Assembly: GCA_963809665.1 (NCBI GenBank)
Contig: CAWEKC010000001.1
Coordinates: 6,852 to 70,851 of the forward strand
Reading direction: 5' to 3'
DNA length: 64,000 bases
Source: Candidatus Gottesmanbacteria bacterium
GTDB taxonomy: Bacteria; Patescibacteriota; Microgenomatia; UBA10105; UBA927
The position numbers and the translations under genes were made by a program. Below the pieces are notes generated by a model, which did no database searches, was not told the DNA's origin, and saw nothing but the letters and a program-made list of their open reading frames with translations. Shown here in pieces: positions 59,056 to 64,000 of this stretch (positions are counted from its first letter, which is position 1; each line of letters starts with the position of its first letter).

Positions 59056-59966
59056 GATAAAGCTGTTTGCAGGTTTTTAAGGTTGTCCTGCATAATCGTA
59101 TAATAGTTTTTTCCTGCTTTTATGTCATCACCCGATACGCCTTCAATAGGATCAAGAACAAGCGTCTTCGCCCCTACTTCCGTAGCAACTGTTTCTGATA
59201 GTTTCGGGCTTATTAATTTTTCAAAAAAAATATATTTCACGTTATGCAATTTCGCAAATGCAACGACATCTGCCAGTTGTTGCGCGGATGGCTCAGCATC
59301 CGGTGAAAGTCCCGTCACCGTTACCTGGGTAAGCCCATACCGTGTCGCCAGATAGCCGAATGCTGCATGCGACGTAATAATATCTTTTTCCTGACATGTA
59401 GCCAGTCCGGCTTTATATTCCGCATCCAGTGCATCAAACTTTGTATCCAACGCTTTTTCATTTTGCCGGTAGTACGTCGTATTCGCCGGATCAATTTTCA
59501 CAAATTCCTCTGCAATTGCGTGTGCTTCCTGTTTAGCGAGAACCGGATCGAGCCATACGTGCGGGTCGATTTGATTTTGACCGTTCTCTTCGACCTGTTG
59601 GGTTAAAAGTCCCTGACCGGCAATCACTACCTGAACATTTGTCCCTTTCAAGTTATCTTTAATTTTATTCCCCCATGCTTCAACACCTCCGTTGAGCACG
59701 AGAAGATTTCCTTTTTCGATTTTTGCAATATCTCCCGCTGACGGATCATAGTCATGAGGTTCTGAGCCGGACGGAGTTATATTTAGTACCTCTGCCTTAT
59801 CACCGGCAATCTGTGTCGTAAAATAATAGAGAGGATAAAAAGACGCTGCCACCTGAAGTTTACCGTTTGCTTTCCCTTGCCCATTAGGATTACGCTGGAC
59901 CACTACAAAAGCAAACAACGCAATTGCGACTATCAATATACCAACAATCAGATATTTGTTCTTCAT
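59043..59966 (-). CDS. znuA: Metal ABC transporter substrate-binding protein (ZnuA/TroA family)
   Basis: 307 aa with an N-terminal signal/TM and ..SFYPLYYFTTQIAGDKAEV..SEPHDYDPS.. Confidence 0.7.
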   Translation of the reverse strand: MKNKYLIVGILIVAIALFAFVVVQRNPNGQGKANGKLQVAASFYPLYYFTTQIAGDKAEVLNITPSGSEPHDYDPSAGDIAKIEKGNLLVLNGGVEAWGNKIKDNLKGTNVQVVIAGQGLLTQQVEENGQNQIDPHVWLDPVLAKQEAHAIAEEFVKIDPANTTYYRQNEKALDTKFDALDAEYKAGLATCQEKDIITSHAAFGYLATRYGLTQVTVTGLSPDAEPSAQQLADVVAFAKLHNVKYIFFEKLISPKLSETVATEVGAKTLVLDPIEGVSGDDIKAGKNYYTIMQDNLKNLQTALSCAK

Positions 59967-59969
59967 ATG

Positions 59970-60401
59970 TCAATACTGGCAATCGGCGCACAACCCGAAA
60001 AATTCGAGTGAATGACGTTTTACCAAAACTCCTTTCTTTTTAATCATACGTTTAATCAGGATTGAAACATTGCAATCTTCAATATCTTCTATAGTGCCGC
60101 ACTGGTCGCAGACAAAATGGTGATGTTCTGGTTTATCGGCGTATTCATACCGCAGTTTACCTTCATTAAATTGGATGGATTTTAACAGACCTTTTTCCGT
60201 AAGCGAGTTGAGGATTCGGAAAACCGTAACTTTATCTGCAGGTATCGTATTTTTTTTGAGACTTTTTATTATCGAGGAAACATCCATGGGAGTATCTGTG
60301 TGTTCCAACACATCAAGTACACCCAGCCGCGCCGGAGTGACTTTTAATTCCGCGTCGTGAAGTTCGACTTTACAATCATGCATGCGAATTATTATATGCA
60401 A
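59970..60401 (-). CDS. zur: Fur-family metalloregulator (Zur-like)
   Basis: About 140 aa with a winged-helix N-terminus and ..HHHFVCDQCGTIEDI..CADCQ, the Fur-family metal-site pattern. Heads the znuACB operon. Confidence 0.7.
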   Translation of the reverse strand: MHIIIRMHDCKVELHDAELKVTPARLGVLDVLEHTDTPMDVSSIIKSLKKNTIPADKVTVFRILNSLTEKGLLKSIQFNEGKLRYEYADKPEHHHFVCDQCGTIEDIEDCNVSILIKRMIKKKGVLVKRHSLEFFGLCADCQY

Positions 60402-60413
60402 CTAAGTTGCATT
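60397..60413. promoter_or_regulatory. Perfect 17-bp palindrome ATGCAACT-A-AGTTGCAT overlapping the zur start codon; candidate Zur/Fur-type operator
   Basis: Read directly: atgcaactaagttgcat (8+1+8 inverted repeat) in the 22-bp gap between gene 60424-60822 and zur. Confidence 0.4.
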
Positions 60414-60423
60414 TGTCAATTAC

Positions 60424-60822
60424 TTATTTCACCGAGGGTGTCGCAGAAGGCGAAGAGGTACAAATAATCTCTTGGAGAGTTTTTTGCTGATCCTTGGGGA
60501 GTTTCCCGTATTGGCTTGTCAGCTGTGCCGTTACCTGGGACATAATGATCGTTTGGACCCGTTTTTGTGCCGCATTTTTAATACCGTTCCACGCATTGTT
60601 TGCAGCCTGTCCTAAATTGACAGGCTGAACGCTTTTATCGTCCGTAACTCCCAATACCTGTGCCACCTGATTTCCTGCCGGCGTCTTAATAACGGTATCG
60701 TGCACCTGCTGGAGAAGCTGCGGACGCGGGGCGCTGGTTACGCGCGGCCACACCAGACTCCCGCCGGATAATGTAACGCCGAATACCAGAGCGGCAAGCA
60801 CAAGCTGAACAACAAGTTCCAT
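60424..60822 (-). CDS. Hypothetical membrane-anchored protein
   Basis: ORF 60424-60993, with start preferred at the internal MELVVQLVLAALVFGV.. (60822) because the longer form overlaps divergent ruvC. N-terminal TM plus a Gln-rich soluble domain. Confidence 0.4.
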   Translation of the reverse strand: MELVVQLVLAALVFGVTLSGGSLVWPRVTSAPRPQLLQQVHDTVIKTPAGNQVAQVLGVTDDKSVQPVNLGQAANNAWNGIKNAAQKRVQTIIMSQVTAQLTSQYGKLPKDQQKTLQEIICTSSPSATPSVK

Positions 60823-60853
60823 AATACTATAAGTATATGGTATAACTACATGA

Positions 60854-61339
60854 ATGAGAATACTAGGAATAGATCCCGGGATTGCGCGTGTAGGATGGGC
60901 TGTCATCGAAACAAATCTCCCCGAACCAATTCCCGTATCATTCGGCTGTATCACGACGGAAAAAAATGAAAGGCCCGGAGACAGGCTTTCCAAAATTCAT
61001 GAGGCGGTACAACTGCTGATCCGTAAATTTCATCCCGACTGCATGAGCGTGGAAGAGTTGTTCTTTGCCGCGAATGTGACGACGGGAATCGGCGTCGGGC
61101 AATCGCGCGGCGTCATACTGCTTGCGGCGGCAGATGCAGGTATACCTGTGGTATCATATACTCCGCTTGCGGTGAAACGGACAATTACCGGCGACGGAAG
61201 GGCGGATAAAAAACAGGTGACAGCGATGGTCATCCGTATTCTTAAGCTGAAAAAAGCGCCACTTCTTGACGATACCGCGGACGCGCTGGCAATTGCCATG
61301 ACCCATGCGTATAGTTATAAAATGAAACAAATCGTATGA
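60854..61339 (+). CDS. ruvC: Crossover junction endodeoxyribonuclease RuvC
   Basis: 161 aa with MRILGIDPGIARVGWAVIE..TPLAVKRTITGDGRADKKQV.. Confidence 0.85.
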   Translation: MRILGIDPGIARVGWAVIETNLPEPIPVSFGCITTEKNERPGDRLSKIHEAVQLLIRKFHPDCMSVEELFFAANVTTGIGVGQSRGVILLAAADAGIPVVSYTPLAVKRTITGDGRADKKQVTAMVIRILKLKKAPLLDDTADALAIAMTHAYSYKMKQIV

Positions 61340-61908
61340 TCGGAAGATTGACCGGCACAATAGTATCCCACCTGCACAATCCGCTCATCATTGATGTGCA
61401 CGGCGTAGGGTATGTTGTACGGGTTCCGGAACGGTTTCTTGCAAGCGTTAAACCGGGTCGTCAGCACACACTCCTTATCCATTCGCATATCCGCGAAGAC
61501 GCGTTTGATCTATACGGATTTGCAACACAACAGGAGTTAGTTCTGTTCGAATTATTGTTGACAGTTTCCGGCATCGGCCCTAAAACGGCACTGGGTGTCG
61601 TTGACCGCGGGGTCGTATCCGTCGAGGATGCAGTACGGAAAAGCGACGTTGATTTTTTTACTACTATCCCCAGACTGGGTACCAAAAACGCACAGAAAAT
61701 AATCATTGAACTTAAAAGCAAGCTGGGAAGCTCCCAAATGCTGGACCTGACCGGAACGGACTCTTCGGAAACCAAACAGATTGTTGAAGCCCTTAGTTCC
61801 ATGGGATTTGAAAAACAGGAAATACGCGAGGCATTAAAAAAACTTGATACCAAAGATGTGACTGTGGAACAAAAAATCCGGCATGCATTAAAATACTTAG
61901 GCAAATGA
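61336..61908 (+). CDS. ruvA: Holliday junction branch-migration complex subunit RuvA
   Basis: 190 aa with [30 protein letters not shown].. ATGA overlap with ruvC. Confidence 0.85.
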   Translation: MIGRLTGTIVSHLHNPLIIDVHGVGYVVRVPERFLASVKPGRQHTLLIHSHIREDAFDLYGFATQQELVLFELLLTVSGIGPKTALGVVDRGVVSVEDAVRKSDVDFFTTIPRLGTKNAQKIIIELKSKLGSSQMLDLTGTDSSETKQIVEALSSMGFEKQEIREALKKLDTKDVTVEQKIRHALKYLGK

Positions 61909-62918
61909 AAAAGAAACCGGTCAAAGACATTATCGGTGAGGAAGTTTCACCTGAAGAAGAAAAACTCTTTATCTCACTGCGGGCGGCAACGTGGCGGGAA
62001 TTTGCCGGGCAGGCGCAGGTTAAGGAAAATATCAGGATCGCCATCACCGCAGCAAAAAAACGCAAAGAATCCGTTGAGCACATCCTCCTCTACGGCCCGC
62101 CGGGACTGGGGAAAACAACGCTCGCCCATATCATCGGCCGTGAAATGGGAGTCAATGTCCGCGTTACGAGCGGCCCCGCCATTGAACGCGCTGGGGATCT
62201 GGCGGCAATCCTCACGAATCTTGCGCCAGGAGACATTTTGTTTATCGATGAAATCCACCGGCTCAACAAAGTCGTCGAGGAAACCCTCTATCCTGCCATG
62301 GAAGATTTTGCCCTGGATATAGTCATCGGAAAGGGCCCGTCTGCCCGTACCCTTCGCTTGGATTTACCACGGTTTACAATTATCGGGGCGACAACCCGGG
62401 TAGGACTATTATCTTCTCCTATGCGCGACCGGTTCGGCGTTATCCACCGGCTGTCATTCTACCAGCCGAAAGAACTCGAATCCATTATCACGAGGGCCGC
62501 GGAAAAACTGAAAATTAAGATAGACCCGAAAGCGAAAGTTGAGCTTGCACGGCGAAGTCGCGGCACTCCGCGAATTGCACTCAGATTACTCAAGCGCGCG
62601 CGCGACGTGGCACAGGTTGAGGGAGATGGTATGATTACGCCCGCGATCCTTGACCGGTCACTGAATATGCTGGAAATAGACGAGGCGGGTCTGGATGCTT
62701 CGGACAGGAGACTTATTAATACGCTCATCGACTCATTCGGCGGCGGACCGGTAGGAATTGAAACAATCGCCGCAGCACTCTCTGAAGATATCGGAACAGT
62801 CGAAGAAGTACTGGAGCCGTACCTCATGCAGATCGGTTTTATCAAACGATCTCCGCGCGGACGCGTGGCCACGAAACACGCATATACGCATCTCGGGAAA
62901 ACCTATCCGAAGAGGTAA
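61905..62918 (+). CDS. ruvB: Holliday junction branch-migration ATPase RuvB
   Basis: 337 aa with [27 protein letters not shown] and ..[18 protein letters not shown].. Confidence 0.9.
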   Translation: MKKKPVKDIIGEEVSPEEEKLFISLRAATWREFAGQAQVKENIRIAITAAKKRKESVEHILLYGPPGLGKTTLAHIIGREMGVNVRVTSGPAIERAGDLAAILTNLAPGDILFIDEIHRLNKVVEETLYPAMEDFALDIVIGKGPSARTLRLDLPRFTIIGATTRVGLLSSPMRDRFGVIHRLSFYQPKELESIITRAAEKLKIKIDPKAKVELARRSRGTPRIALRLLKRARDVAQVEGDGMITPAILDRSLNMLEIDEAGLDASDRRLINTLIDSFGGGPVGIETIAAALSEDIGTVEEVLEPYLMQIGFIKRSPRGRVATKHAYTHLGKTYPKR

Positions 62919-63755
62919 TTATTTAAGCGCAGCATCCACTGCGATCTGCATATCCTTGAAACTGTATGCACCGGCAAAGTTCGTCGCGTTGACGAAAAAT
63001 CCGGGCGTCCCGCCAACCCCTAGACCGGAAGCCAATTGCGTATCGGCCGCAAGTCTTGAGTCATATTTTCCGGAATCAAGACACGATTTCATGAACGCCG
63101 GATCAACCGCGGACGCCAGGAAGGTTGCCATGTCACCCGACTTCGTCTTATCATTTTTCACAATAGGTCCCGTAGATGCGGTACCTGCCGGATCGGTGCC
63201 GTTTTGGATCTCGTATCCCTTTTCACTCATGAGCAGATCACTCGCTTCCCAGAATTTATTTTTTTCAAACGCACAGTAGAGGGCCTTCATGGCCATTTCG
63301 CCGTTCCCGTGTCCCGGACTGTAAATATAGGTATATGATGCCTTACCGCCATCTACGAGTTTTTTGAATTCAGGAACCGGAGGAATATACGTCCCGCCCT
63401 GATCGGCTGTCTTAAACTGTGCCAGCTGGGGAACCGAAGCTGCAAGCTCAGGATCCCTTCCCCCTGCAAGGTGGCAATACGGACAGCTCGGATCTGCGAC
63501 TTCAACTAAAATGAGCTTGCTGTCAGCTTTACCGAATTTTATGACCGCTTTACTAAATGCATCTTTAACCTGTGCGATTGTTATTGTCGGAGCAGCAGCT
63601 CCCGGAGGAGGAGTCGTACCCGCTGCAGCCGGAGCGGCAGAGCCGCCTTTCTGCAAATATTGGACTTTGGCAGTCAGGTTTCCGATAAAATAAGCGGCAA
63701 CAATAAGCGCTACGACGAGAACAATTTGTAAAATGTTTTTGTTTTTTTCAACCAT
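62919..63755 (-). CDS. DsbA-like thiol:disulfide oxidoreductase (thioredoxin fold, CPYC active site), membrane-anchored
   Basis: 278 aa with an N-terminal TM, a Pro/Ala-rich linker and ..LVEVADPSCPYCHLAG.. Confidence 0.65.
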   Translation of the reverse strand: MVEKNKNILQIVLVVALIVAAYFIGNLTAKVQYLQKGGSAAPAAAGTTPPPGAAAPTITIAQVKDAFSKAVIKFGKADSKLILVEVADPSCPYCHLAGGRDPELAASVPQLAQFKTADQGGTYIPPVPEFKKLVDGGKASYTYIYSPGHGNGEMAMKALYCAFEKNKFWEASDLLMSEKGYEIQNGTDPAGTASTGPIVKNDKTKSGDMATFLASAVDPAFMKSCLDSGKYDSRLAADTQLASGLGVGGTPGFFVNATNFAGAYSFKDMQIAVDAALK

Positions 63756-63816
63756 ATGTACCTCCGGATCAGGATATTCTACTCACAAATAATTTAATAC
63801 ACAAGGGGTCAATCCT

Positions 63817-64000
63817 TACAATCGGTCCCGAGTCCCCCGGGGCAATTTTCAGGCGGAGGCGTGCCTCTCTCAGGGCATGTGAGAGAATAAATGCACGCGT
63901 CGTCCGGAACGGATGCAATTTGTTTCTGAATTGTCGCATCATCGGTCGCATTTGTAATAAGGATTTTGTCCAAATCCTGCGGAACATAGTCCGTAAACTG
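63817..64000 (-). CDS. Hypothetical Cys-rich protein, C-terminal 61 aa only (5' end beyond window)
   Basis: The minus-strand frame is open from the window edge: ..FTDYVPQDLDKILITNATDDATIQKQIASVPDDACIYSLTCPERGTPPPENCPGGLGTDCKD*. Preferred over track ORF 63769-63987, which is in another frame. Confidence 0.3.

Noticed and set aside
63769-63987. Track ORF 63769-63987 (72 aa, basic, low complexity)
   Set aside because: A different minus-strand frame is open all the way to the window edge and encodes a Cys/Pro-containing tail ending at 63817. The listed ORF looks like an out-of-frame artefact.
1-64000. CRISPR arrays, tRNA/rRNA genes, transposases/integrases, phage genes
   Set aside because: No direct-repeat/spacer periodicity and no cloverleaf-like conserved tRNA motifs in the few short intergenic gaps. 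No ORF with transposase, integrase or phage structural signatures. The window is almost fully occupied by the CDS listed.

Overview
This is a bacterial window with very high coding density and strong strand bias. Genes from 24713 to 60822 (about 40 of them) are all on the minus strand, mostly with 4-nt ATGA start/stop overlaps. The gene content and compactness suggest an uncultivated small-genome lineage (CPR/Patescibacteria-like); that is inference only.

Positions 1-49548 form one large envelope-glycosylation island:
- dTDP-rhamnose genes rmlABCD, UDP-glucose dehydrogenase, and a Gmd/Rmd-like deoxyhexose enzyme.
- Three DPM1/CsbB-like polyprenyl-phosphate sugar synthases, one fused to a GtrA-like flippase domain.
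- A Wzx-type flippase, five soluble GT2 enzymes and one GT4 enzyme.
- About 21 polytopic GT-C-type membrane glycosyltransferases in tandem paralog arrays: four YfhO-like, six PMT_2/GT39-like, five ArnT-like, four PF10131 'PTPS-related' membrane proteins and two DUF2029-like.

This looks like a complete, heavily diversified lipid-carrier-dependent extracytoplasmic glycosylation system of the CsbB/GtcA/YfhO and ArnC/ArnT type. The PF10131-family members are the least characterised component.

Several island genes carry reading-frame lesions. Where I could resolve them they are 1-nt indels, several in short homopolymers, plus one in-frame TGA. ftsX also carries a 1-nt insertion, so consensus error is as likely as real decay.

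The right third of the window is housekeeping:
- tsaE, tsaC and a short tsaB.
- A VanZ-like protein.
- ftsEX followed by a PcsB/CwlO-like coiled-coil hydrolase whose catalytic domain is C39-like.
- prfB, with no programmed frameshift.
- zur-znuACB, with a perfect 17-bp palindrome at the zur start.
- ruvCAB.
- A DsbA-like oxidoreductase.

I found no rRNA, tRNA, CRISPR or transposase.
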